Source: Candidatus Nanopelagicales bacterium
Lineage (GTDB): Bacteria > Actinomycetota > Actinomycetes > S36-B12
Length of the DNA stretch: 64,000 nt
NCBI GenBank assembly: GCA_018609125.1
Contig: JABAYF010000023.1
Span: 209-64,208, forward strand
Direction of reading: 5' to 3'
The notes under the pieces were generated by a model. It did not search any database. It was not told the origin of the DNA and was given only the letters and a program-made list of their open reading frames with translations. The translations under genes were made by a program, and so were the position numbers. Each line of letters begins with the position of its first letter. Within the stretch, counting starts at the first letter, position 1. Shown in pieces: positions 52,980-60,963 of this stretch.

Positions 52980-53978
52980 ATGAGCCCTCGAATCATGACC
53001 AGCATGTACGGACTTGGCATTGATAGCCAACTGGCCGACCAGATGGCCGATGGTTTGGCCCGAGTTGAAACGGGTCTACGCGAAGCCGTACGCAGTGATT
53101 ACCCGTTCGTGACAGAGGCCTCACGGCACCTGGTTGATGCTGGTGGCAAGCGGTTTCGTCCGCTACTGGTGCTGCTGGCTGCTCAGTACGGTGATCCTCG
53201 CAGTGTAGGAGTTGTGCCCGCCGCCATTGTTGTTGAATTAACCCATCTGGCCACGCTGTACCACGACGATGTCATGGACGAGGCCGATCTGCGTCGTGGA
53301 GCGAGTTCGGCGAACGCGCGTTGGAGCAATACCGTGGCAATCTTGACCGGTGATTTTCTCTTTGCCCGCGCCAGTGAAATCTTGGCCGATCTTGGCCCTG
53401 ATGCCGTGCGCATCCAGGCCCGCACCTTCGAACGACTGTGCACCGGGCAGATCCGCGAAACGGTAGGTCCCGCCGAAGGCGCGGATCCGGTAGATCATCA
53501 CCTACAGGTCCTGGCCGATAAAACTGGTTCACTCATCGCCACGTCTTGCCAGTTCGGTGCGCTCATGAGCGGTGCTGACGCACAGACCACCGCAACACTT
53601 ACCCGATTTGGTGAGCACATCGGTGTCGCCTTCCAACTCGCCGATGACCTCGTGGACATCACCAGCGATTCTGCGCAGTCGGGCAAGACACCCGGTACCG
53701 ATCTGCGCGAGGGTGTACCTACGCTGGCGGCACTCATGGCTATGCGTGCCAACGATGATCCGTGGTTGGTTGATGCGTTGTCTCGTCCACTTCACGACGA
53801 GGTTGAACATGGTCGTGCCCTGTCGGCCCTTCGGGCGCATCCGGCCCTGATCGAAGCACAAAACGAGGCACGTCGATGGGCAGACAGTGCTCGATCCTGC
53901 CTCGATGGGCTCAGTGATGACCCGGCCACGGAGGCTTTGCGAGCCCTGTGCGACTACGTGGTTAACCGCACCGGCTAG
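52980..53978 (+). CDS. Polyprenyl diphosphate synthase (trans-IPPS, menaquinone side-chain type)
   Basis: First Asp-rich motif LYHDDVMDEADLRRG and second FQLADDLVD. AAGGAG RBS upstream. Confidence 0.9.
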   Translation: MSPRIMTSMYGLGIDSQLADQMADGLARVETGLREAVRSDYPFVTEASRHLVDAGGKRFRPLLVLLAAQYGDPRSVGVVPAAIVVELTHLATLYHDDVMDEADLRRGASSANARWSNTVAILTGDFLFARASEILADLGPDAVRIQARTFERLCTGQIRETVGPAEGADPVDHHLQVLADKTGSLIATSCQFGALMSGADAQTTATLTRFGEHIGVAFQLADDLVDITSDSAQSGKTPGTDLREGVPTLAALMAMRANDDPWLVDALSRPLHDEVEHGRALSALRAHPALIEAQNEARRWADSARSCLDGLSDDPATEALRALCDYVVNRTG

Positions 53979-55153
53979 TAGCCTCGAAGTCGAGCTACCA
54001 GATCGGTCATGACCTCCGTTGCGCCGCCGCCGATGCCGAGCACGCGCACATCGCGGTAGTGCCGTTCCACCTCGCTCTCGCGCATGTAGCCCATTCCACC
54101 GTGTAGTTGAACTGCGGCGTTTGCCACAAATTCCGCTGCCTCCACGGCCGTTTGTTTAGCGAGGGCTGCTTCGGCTATCAACTGTTCGCCATTGATGTAC
54201 CGATCGGTAATTGCGTGTGTGTAGACACGTGCAACATCGGTGCGCCGGTACATGTCAACCAGGGTGTGGCGAACGATCTGGCGGGAGATGAGTGGTCGAC
54301 CGAAGGTTTCTCGGTTCTTGGCCCAGGCCTCGGTCAAGTCAAGGCATCGCTGGGCGGTGGCGTAGGCGGTGACTGCGAGGGAGAGTCGCTCTGAGACAAA
54401 GTGATTAGCTAGCGAAGCAAACCCCAAGCCCAGTCCCAAGACATCGCGCGGGGCCACAGGTACTTCGTTGAAAGCGAGTTCTGCTGTATCGCTGCACCAC
54501 CAGCCCATCTTGGCCAGCGCTCTAGGGGTGGCGTATCCAGGAGAAGCCGGATCAAGCATCATCAGCGTGATACCAGCTGCACCTTCTCCTGTTTCCGGAG
54601 TCCGTACGGCAGCCACCACGCGATCCGCTCGAACGCCTGAGGTGATGTACGTTTTCGCACCAGACACGGTCCAAGATTCATTCACTCGTTCAGCACGGGT
54701 ACGTAGTCGAGAAACGTCTGAACCACCATCAGGTTCGGTTACGCCGAGAGACAGGATCATCTCGCCGCGCAGCACTGGCTCAATGGTCTGCGCCAGTAAA
54801 TAGTCGGCACCGTCTACATCAGCCGCGTCGACCCTGCGGTGGTACTCGTCGATCACATGGGGCAGGGCGATTCCGTGAGTGAAGAGTGCAGAAATGACGC
54901 CACCGCTGGCGCCTGCTCCGATCATGGCCTCGGTCATCGCCACTACATCGGCAAAATCTCCACCGGAGCCGCCGAGTTTGGGGTCGATGCCGATGCCGAG
55001 CAGGCCAACGTCAGCCGCTCTGCGGTGTAGATCCCGGGGCAGCATTCCATCTGTTTCCCAGGTAGTCAGAAACGGCGTGATCTCACGTCCGGTGAATTTT
55101 TGGGCAAGGTCAACGAGGGCTTTGCGGCTTTGCGGATCAGCAGAAACACTCAT
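53975..55153 (-). CDS. Acyl-CoA dehydrogenase
   Basis: 392 aa with ACAD N-terminal, middle and C-terminal layout. C-terminal QLHGGMGYMRESEVERHYRDVRVLGIGGGATEVM. Confidence 0.9.
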   Translation of the reverse strand: MSVSADPQSRKALVDLAQKFTGREITPFLTTWETDGMLPRDLHRRAADVGLLGIGIDPKLGGSGGDFADVVAMTEAMIGAGASGGVISALFTHGIALPHVIDEYHRRVDAADVDGADYLLAQTIEPVLRGEMILSLGVTEPDGGSDVSRLRTRAERVNESWTVSGAKTYITSGVRADRVVAAVRTPETGEGAAGITLMMLDPASPGYATPRALAKMGWWCSDTAELAFNEVPVAPRDVLGLGLGFASLANHFVSERLSLAVTAYATAQRCLDLTEAWAKNRETFGRPLISRQIVRHTLVDMYRRTDVARVYTHAITDRYINGEQLIAEAALAKQTAVEAAEFVANAAVQLHGGMGYMRESEVERHYRDVRVLGIGGGATEVMTDLVARLRGY

Positions 55154-55162
55154 ACCTCTACC

Positions 55163-55432
55163 CTAGGTATCCCGGCGGGGTCGGCGGAGCCCGGCCGCGT
55201 AGAGCGCCTGAACGAGTTGCCTGCTGCTCACCTCGAGTGCGCCCTCCTCAACGGCGATCATCCGCATTGATTCGTGAACGTCGTAGTGATCGCCTCCGAA
55301 TGCTCGCTGCGGTACTCCGATCCAGCGTGCGAAGGAGTGCAACTCATATAGGTCTTGGTCGCTCACTAGGTGGCAAAACCACCTGTCTCGCCACGCCCAA
55401 TTCGCCGAATCCACAAGTATTGCCACGGTCAA
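55163..55432 (-). CDS. DUF4031-like small protein
   Basis: 89 aa, WCHLVSDQDLYELHSFARWIGVPQRAFGGDHYDV. Matches my recollection of the DUF4031 family. Confidence 0.6.
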   Translation of the reverse strand: MTVAILVDSANWAWRDRWFCHLVSDQDLYELHSFARWIGVPQRAFGGDHYDVHESMRMIAVEEGALEVSSRQLVQALYAAGLRRPRRDT

Positions 55433-55500
55433 ATCCTAGACTCGGAAGGCTGTTTAGGGCCACCTACATTGCCGCACAGCTGGTTGCCGGGAGGATTGTG

Positions 55501-56403
55501 TTAGGCGATTTGGCCGATCTCCAGAGCATCGGCACGGTTAGGTCGCCGACGGTGCCGGAGGGCATCAACGGAGAAGAGCGCCAGCGCGGCCCAGATGAGT
55601 GCGAAGCCAATCCACTCCAACCCGGTGACCGTCTCGGCGAAATAGGTGATCCCAAGGATCAGCAGGATGGTGGGTGTGGCGTATTGCATGATCCCCAGCG
55701 TGGATAGCGGTAGTCGATTGGCGCCACCGACGTAGGCAAGCAACGGTATAGCCGTGATGGGACCGAGCAGAAGGAGGAGGATGGTAATTCCAACTCCGTC
55801 TACGACGAAGGCGGCGCTACCTTGCACTTCTGCCACGGCCAGAACCACCGCGGCAACAGGGAAAAGCACCATGGTTTCAACGGTGAGTCCTGAAATTGCA
55901 TCAACACCGGCCATCTTCTTTAGTAGTCCATAGGACCCGAAGGAGAACGCTAGAATGAGTCCTATGGCGGGTAATGCGGCTGCGCCGATGGCGATGACCA
56001 CGACACCCCCAGCGGCAATTCCAACTGCACCCCACTGCCATCGGCGCAGGCTCTCCTTCAAGATCACCACACTCAAGGCAACGGACACCAGTGGATTGAT
56101 GAAGTATCCCAGGGAGGCATCCACCACCTGATCGGTACTGACCGAATAGACGTAGGTGGTCCAGTTCACGGTGATGGCGATCGCAGCAAGCACGAGAATG
56201 CCCAGGGTGCGCCGATTCTTCAATACGCTGCCCAGCCGTCGCCATCCTCTGCCAATGCCGATGACGACGATAAGAAAAACGAACGACCAGATAATGCGAT
56301 GGGCCACAATTTCCGCGGGGGAAACCGTGTCCAGGATCGCGAAATACAGTGGGAATACTCCCCAGAGGCCATAGGCGATGAGCGCGTAGACGAAGCCCAA
56401 CAA
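55501..56403 (-). CDS. rarD: EamA/RarD family transporter
   Basis: 300 aa, about 10 TM helices. N-terminal GFVYALIAYGLWGVFPLYF is typical of RarD. Confidence 0.85.
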   Translation of the reverse strand: MLGFVYALIAYGLWGVFPLYFAILDTVSPAEIVAHRIIWSFVFLIVVIGIGRGWRRLGSVLKNRRTLGILVLAAIAITVNWTTYVYSVSTDQVVDASLGYFINPLVSVALSVVILKESLRRWQWGAVGIAAGGVVVIAIGAAALPAIGLILAFSFGSYGLLKKMAGVDAISGLTVETMVLFPVAAVVLAVAEVQGSAAFVVDGVGITILLLLLGPITAIPLLAYVGGANRLPLSTLGIMQYATPTILLILGITYFAETVTGLEWIGFALIWAALALFSVDALRHRRRPNRADALEIGQIA

Positions 56404-56429
56404 CGTGGTTCGCTGCGCCGACTCCGGAG

Positions 56430-56845
56430 TCAGTTCACAGTCCAGGTGTCGCTACCGCGCAGCAGCCTGCGCAGATCCTTTGTTTGTTCGGCGACGGCTT
56501 TTTCGTTTTGTTCACGGGCCAGTCGATCGTCGGAAGGACGCTGTACATCGCGGAACACTCCGATAGGGGTATCGGTGAGCATTTGCTGGTCAGATAGCCG
56601 CGAGAGCGCGAAGGCCACAGCCGGGTCAACGGCATGTGCGTCATGGATCAAAATCTCGGCTTCAGGGATGTCGTTGACATTCACCACAGCTGCGAACCGT
56701 TCGCGAGATAACCATCGGATGGTAGGAAGACCGGGGTTCGATATGTCACCGCGATACGTGATGCTTCAATGGCGGCAGCGAAACAATCGCGCTGCGGGAG
56801 AGTAACGATGCTTTTGTGCTCTTCGTCGACAGGAGACGTGGTCAC
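56430..56845 (-). pseudogene. Remnant of 2-oxoacid:ferredoxin oxidoreductase genes: an internal korA fragment fused out of frame to the korB C-terminus
   Basis: Minus-strand frame A (56845-56681) reads ..EEHKSIVTLPQRDCFAAAIEASRIAVTYRTPVFLPSDGYLANGSQLW*, a mid-KorA block. Frame B (56687-56430) reads VNVNDIPEAEILIHDAHAVDPAVAFALSRLSDQ..GVFRDVQRP..LLRGSDTWTVN*, the last ~85 aa of KorB. The rest of both genes is absent. Confidence 0.7.
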
Positions 56846-56917
56846 GTTCGAACGCTATCGCGCTGAACAGTCAAGTGCGTCCAATCTCGCGATCGCACGG
56901 CCGACTACTCTGGGAGT

Positions 56918-57382
56918 GTGATCGAATTGCCGACGCCGGCGTACCAATCGGTCTCCGGTGGTGCGCGCCAGTACCGGTTAGCTAGCCATCCGGAAATTCG
57001 TGTCGTCGCGACCGATCTCGGCCTGGCATGCTGCGCCGTTGAATTCGCCGCAGCCCTCACCCGCGGGCTGTTACTCCCGGTGGCTGACGCGGACCCGGTG
57101 CCCACTCTGCACCTGCTGGTTGTGTCCGGAACCCTCACCCACGCACTACGTCCGAGTATCGAGGCGGCGTGGGAGAGACTGCCAGAACCACGGGCGGCAA
57201 TGGCTTTTGGCGCTTGCACAGCCAGTGGCGGTCCGTATTGGGATTCCTATTCGGTTGCGCAGGGTATTGACGAAACCATTCCGGTACAGGTCTACGTCCC
57301 TGGCTGCCCTCCCCGTCCAGAAGCCCTCATTGCCGCGATCCTCAGCATTGCCGAAGGTGCCGCGGATGTGATTCGTTCATGA
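56918..57382 (+). CDS. NuoB-family Fe-S protein, diverged second copy
   Basis: 154 aa. Retains GLACCAVE, GACTASGGPYW and [10 protein letters not shown], so all four N2-type Cys are present, but it lacks the PRYD..RFG block of the canonical NuoB at 37784. The start may instead be the TTG at 56927. Confidence 0.85.
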   Translation: MIELPTPAYQSVSGGARQYRLASHPEIRVVATDLGLACCAVEFAAALTRGLLLPVADADPVPTLHLLVVSGTLTHALRPSIEAAWERLPEPRAAMAFGACTASGGPYWDSYSVAQGIDETIPVQVYVPGCPPRPEALIAAILSIAEGAADVIRS

Positions 57383-57909
57383 CCATTGCTGCCAATTCTG
57401 TTGAAATAACACAGCAAATCGAGTGGATCAGTGCAGAGCAATGGCGAGACTCCTTGGCCAGCGCCCACCGCCAAGGTTGGGTTTGTCTGGATGTACTCAC
57501 AGCTATTGACCGCCCAGAGCAACGTGAGTTCCACGTCGTACTGCACGCCAATCGAGTGGATTCAGCGCTAGGGCAGTGGTGGGGAGTGGTTGTGCCCCAG
57601 CACGATGCAGAACTGGCGTCCCTCGTTGATGTTTTCAAGGCTGCTGCATGGCATGAGCGTGAGACACGTGAGATGTTCGGCATCACCTTCACCGGTAACG
57701 TTGTGTCACATGACCCGACGGCACAAGGGTTGCTCCTCTCCGACGAGGCCCCGGTGACTCCGCTGCGCAAACACGTACCCCTTGGGGCGCGCGTTGACAC
57801 TCCCTGGCCGGGTAATGCGGACCCAGATCCGCGCCGAAGCGCATCTCGGCGCCGTCAAGCACCCCCGGGCACGCGACCTGAGTGGTTCGAAACTGGGGAC
57901 GGCCAATGA
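57379..57909 (+). CDS. NuoC-family (30-kDa subunit-like) protein, diverged second copy
   Basis: 176 aa with [17 protein letters not shown] core and PLRK..PWPG. ATGA overlap with the preceding gene. Confidence 0.8.
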   Translation: MTIAANSVEITQQIEWISAEQWRDSLASAHRQGWVCLDVLTAIDRPEQREFHVVLHANRVDSALGQWWGVVVPQHDAELASLVDVFKAAAWHERETREMFGITFTGNVVSHDPTAQGLLLSDEAPVTPLRKHVPLGARVDTPWPGNADPDPRRSASRRRQAPPGTRPEWFETGDGQ

Positions 57910-58232
57910 TCGAGGACATCGCGATTGAATCTCGCGGAACGATTAAGTTAAGCGCCCCGGACTGCACGTCGTGCATGCTCTGCGTCCGGGAGTGTCCGGT
58001 CTGGTGCATCGAGATCGACAGTCACACCGAACAGGTGACCCCTGAAGGTGCCCGTCGCCCTCGCAGCGTTGCTGTACTCGACGCATTCACGATTGACTGG
58101 GGCCTGTGCATGTACTGCGGAATATGCGTGGAGGTTTGTCCCTTCGATGCCCTGGCCTGGGCACCCAGCCCGCGCGGGGGTGTGGGTGAGGCTGAGCAAC
58201 TTGTCGCCGGCATCGAAGATTTATCCGGCTGA
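57906..58232 (+). CDS. NuoI-like 2x[4Fe-4S] ferredoxin, diverged second copy
   Basis: 108 aa with [12 protein letters not shown] and [16 protein letters not shown] overlap with the preceding gene. The ORF-track start at 57882 lies inside the upstream gene. Confidence 0.8.
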   Translation: MIEDIAIESRGTIKLSAPDCTSCMLCVRECPVWCIEIDSHTEQVTPEGARRPRSVAVLDAFTIDWGLCMYCGICVEVCPFDALAWAPSPRGGVGEAEQLVAGIEDLSG

Positions 58233-58254
58233 CCCCGCTGGTGGCCCGTATTCG

Positions 58255-58746
58255 TCAGCGGTAGTTCACAAACTGCACGGGGAAGTCTAGGTTTGCCTCC
58301 TGGACGAGGGCGATCACCGTTTGCAGGTCATCCCTGCTGCTGCTGGAAACCCGCAGTTCTTCGCCCTGAACAGCAACCTTCACCTTCTTGGGCCCGTCGT
58401 CTCGAATGATTTTGCCAAGCTTCTTGGCTTGCTCTTGGCTGATGCCGGCGGTGAGCGCACAGGTGATCTTGTAGGTGCGACCTGATGATCGAGGCTCTCC
58501 AGCGTCAAGGGCCTTGAGGCTGATCGACCTTTTCACCAATTTGTCTCGAAAGACTTCGAGGGCGGCCAGGACGCGTTCCTCTGTATCGGCTTCAAGTTCG
58601 ACACCTAACTCACCTTGCCATTCGATGCTGGCGCCGGTGTTTTTGAAATCGAAGCGCTGGGACAACTCCTTTGCCGCCTGGTTCAACGCATTGTCAACCT
58701 CTTGGCGGTCGATCTTGGACACGATGTCGAAACTGCTGTCAGCCAT
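58255..58746 (-). CDS. yajQ: YajQ family nucleotide-binding protein (UPF0234)
   Basis: 163 aa with [31 protein letters not shown], the hallmark N-terminus. Confidence 0.9.
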   Translation of the reverse strand: MADSSFDIVSKIDRQEVDNALNQAAKELSQRFDFKNTGASIEWQGELGVELEADTEERVLAALEVFRDKLVKRSISLKALDAGEPRSSGRTYKITCALTAGISQEQAKKLGKIIRDDGPKKVKVAVQGEELRVSSSSRDDLQTVIALVQEANLDFPVQFVNYR

Positions 58747-58894
58747 GGGAGTAGTTTGCCATCGCTTTATCCGGCAGTGGTCAGTGAGTCGATGCCAAGA
58801 TGTGGCCCTAGGGCGCTGTATGTAGACTCGCGTGGCTTCGAGATGATCATTGTCGGCGAATCTTTCGCACCGATCCTGATGTCTCGACCAGCAC

Positions 58895-58978
58895 GGCAGG
58901 TTGCCCGAGCGGCCAATGGGAGCGGACTGTAAATCCGTCGCGAAAGCTTCGCAGGTTCGAATCCTGCACCTGCCACCA
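58895..58978 (+). tRNA. tRNA-Tyr (anticodon GTA), class II with long variable arm, CCA encoded
   Basis: GGCAGGT/ACCTGCC acceptor stem, CTGTAAA anticodon loop, GGTTCGAATCC T-loop, terminal ACCA. 84 nt by hand fold. Confidence 0.92.
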
Positions 58979-59015
58979 GCAAGATCGCGATGATTTCGAC
59001 ATCGCTAGGTCGGGA

Positions 59016-59987
59016 TTAGCCGTTGAGGTAGTGCACGCCGGTGAGTTCTTCACTTGCCACCCATAAGCGGCTCGCGTCGGCACGGTTGCTTGCTGCTGCC
59101 GACATTCCGACCACGGTGGGATGGCCGCGCTGCTCACCGAACCCGTCTGGGCCAACGTAGAGGCCCCCGGGCAACCCTGGTTCTGTGGCCGCGTACAGGG
59201 TGGGTAACGCCCCCATTTCTGCGCTCTGAGCCAGTACGCGGTTCGCCAGTCCCATGATCTTCTCGCCCCTGTTGCTGCCTTTCATGCGCGGGGCAGCGGA
59301 CTGCAGATTCGTTGCAGCGTAACCAGGATGTACGGCTAGCGCACTCACTGGAACATCAGCTTGCCGTAGTCGGCGATTCAACTCGTTGGTGAACAGTAGG
59401 TTCGCCAACTTGGACTGTCCGTAAGCTCCCCATGCGCGGTATTTCCTTTCACCCTGTAGGTCATCAAAGTTCATCCGCCCGAACCGATGGGCCTGCGAAG
59501 AGACGGTGACGACGCGTGACCTCTCCGGTTCTCCTGCGGTGATCAGGGCCGGGAGCAACAGCCCGGTGAGGGCGAAATGGCCTAGATGGTTGGTGGCCAA
59601 TTGCATTTCGAATCCGTCAGCAGATTCCCGCCGGGGAATCGCCATCACGCCGGCATTGTTAATCAGCAGATTAAGACCGGCTGGGTGGGCAGCGATCCAC
59701 AGTTCGGTGAACTGGCGAACGCTGGTCAAGCTGGCCAGATCGAGGTGTGAGACCTCAACGGTGGCACCGGGCGAGGATGTGCGAATTGACTCGGCTGCAA
59801 ACTCGCCCCGTTCCGTGTCTCGGACGGCGAGTGTGACGTGGGCGCCGTGTGCCGCTAATTGCGTCGCAGTGACCAGTCCCAGTCCGGAGTTGGCACCGGT
59901 CACGATCGCATCGAATCCCGCCAGGTTGGGGATGTCTGATGCGGTCCAGTCGATAGGCTTGGCAGCGGTAGTCATGGCAATAGTCAA
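59016..59987 (-). CDS. Short-chain dehydrogenase/reductase (SDR) family oxidoreductase
   Basis: VTGANSGLG cofactor motif, NNAG, and YGQSKLAN (YxxxK). Confidence 0.9.
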   Translation of the reverse strand: MTIAMTTAAKPIDWTASDIPNLAGFDAIVTGANSGLGLVTATQLAAHGAHVTLAVRDTERGEFAAESIRTSSPGATVEVSHLDLASLTSVRQFTELWIAAHPAGLNLLINNAGVMAIPRRESADGFEMQLATNHLGHFALTGLLLPALITAGEPERSRVVTVSSQAHRFGRMNFDDLQGERKYRAWGAYGQSKLANLLFTNELNRRLRQADVPVSALAVHPGYAATNLQSAAPRMKGSNRGEKIMGLANRVLAQSAEMGALPTLYAATEPGLPGGLYVGPDGFGEQRGHPTVVGMSAAASNRADASRLWVASEELTGVHYLNG

Positions 59988-60071
59988 CCGCGTTTTGCCT
60001 GGTCAAGGCCAATGGAGCCACCCGAAGGCAGCGGCGCCAACCCTGGGCGTGTAGTCTGCTCAGGCTTCACC

Positions 60072-60144
60072 GCCCCAATAGCTCAGTCGGTAGAGCGTCT
60101 CCATGGTAAGGAGAAGGTCTACGGTTCGATTCCGTATTGGGGCT
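60072..60144 (+). tRNA. tRNA-Thr (anticodon GGT)
   Basis: GCCCCAA/TTGGGGC acceptor stem, TAGCTCAGTCGGTAGAGC D-arm, ATGGTAA anticodon loop, GGTTCGATTCC T-loop. 73 nt, no encoded CCA. Confidence 0.92.
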
Positions 60145-60179
60145 CGGTCGGTGGCCGACCCGTAACACGGCCACCACAC

Positions 60180-60253
60180 GGCGGAGTAGCTCAGCCAGGT
60201 AGAGCAAGCGGCTCATAATCGCTGTGTCGCCGGTTCAAGTCCGGCCTCCGCTA
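60180..60253 (+). tRNA. tRNA with CAT anticodon (elongator tRNA-Met; tRNA-Ile2 not excluded)
   Basis: GGCGGAG/CTCCGCT acceptor stem (G1-U72), TAGCTCAGCCAGGTAGAGC D-arm, CTCATAA anticodon loop, GGTTCAAGTCC T-loop. Confidence 0.88.
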
Positions 60254-60306
60254 CCCCGACACTGCACCACGTCGACCAACCGGTCGAGATTTTAAAGGAG
60301 GGCCCC

Positions 60307-60474
60307 ATGGGCAAAGCAACCGATGTCCGGCCGAAGATCACTCTGGCGTGCCAGGAGTGTAAGAACCGCAACTACATCACCAAGAAGAACCGCCGTAACG
60401 ATCCCGATCGACTGGAATTGGCGAAATTCTGCCCGACCTGCAAGAAGCACACCGAGCACAAGGAAACTCGCTAG
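60307..60474 (+). CDS. rpmG: 50S ribosomal protein L33 (zinc-ribbon, C+ form)
   Basis: 55 aa, not in the ORF track. [55 protein letters not shown] with CxxC..CxxC. AAGGAGG lies 7 nt upstream. Confidence 0.92.
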   Translation: MGKATDVRPKITLACQECKNRNYITKKNRRNDPDRLELAKFCPTCKKHTEHKETR

Positions 60475-60494
60475 AGACTTCGGGAGTCAACGCG

Positions 60495-60953
60495 ATGGGT
60501 CTGAACCCTGCTCTGATTGGCCGCCAGTACCCGCCATCCCCGCCCTATCTCGTGGGGCGGGAAAAAGTGCGCGAGTTCGCCCAGTCCATCGGCGATACGA
60601 ACCCGGTTAGTCACGATCTATCCGCAGCGCAGGCGGCTGGCTTTACCGACCTGGTTGCGCCACCCACCTTCGCCTTCGTGATCACCCACGTGGCCATGGC
60701 TAATGCCATGTTCGACCCGGATCTGGGTTTGGATTACGCACGCGTGGTCCACGGAGAGCAGCGCTTCACCTACGCGCGACCCATCGTCGCTAGCGACCTC
60801 GTCACCGTTGTTTCGGTGATTGATGCTATTCGATCCGTAGCAGGAAACGACATGTTGACGTTGCGATCCGACGTGGTCGATCCTGCCGGTGCCGTCATCG
60901 TGAGTACCACTTCGGTCATTGTGGCGCGCGGCAGCGCTGATGAAGAAAAGTGA
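60495..60953 (+). CDS. MaoC-like dehydratase, N-terminal-type subunit (HadA-like)
   Basis: 152-aa hot-dog fold protein directly after rpmG, paired with a second MaoC gene as in the mycobacterial hadA-hadB arrangement. Confidence 0.8.
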   Translation: MGLNPALIGRQYPPSPPYLVGREKVREFAQSIGDTNPVSHDLSAAQAAGFTDLVAPPTFAFVITHVAMANAMFDPDLGLDYARVVHGEQRFTYARPIVASDLVTVVSVIDAIRSVAGNDMLTLRSDVVDPAGAVIVSTTSVIVARGSADEEK

Positions 60954-60963
60954 GGGGCCAATC

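Noticed and set aside
58987-59005. Inverted repeat GCGATG-atttcga-CATCGC between tRNA-Tyr and the convergent SDR gene, considered as a bidirectional terminator.
   Set aside because: The stem is only 6 bp with no flanking T/A tracts, which is too weak to call.
58895-60253. Checked the tRNA-Tyr, tRNA-Thr and tRNA-Met neighbourhood (and tRNA-Trp at 63894) for an integrated element, meaning an integrase, direct repeats of the tRNA 3' end, or a GC shift.
   Set aside because: Only an ordinary SDR gene lies between the tRNAs. I saw no integrase, no repeated tRNA 3' segment and no compositional break, and the gene order matches conserved actinobacterial synteny.
60323-60610. 95-aa plus-strand ORF spanning rpmG and the start of the hadA-like gene.
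   Set aside because: It is in the wrong frame relative to a perfect L33 ORF that has its own RBS, its Arg-rich translation has no recognisable domain, and it bridges two real genes.
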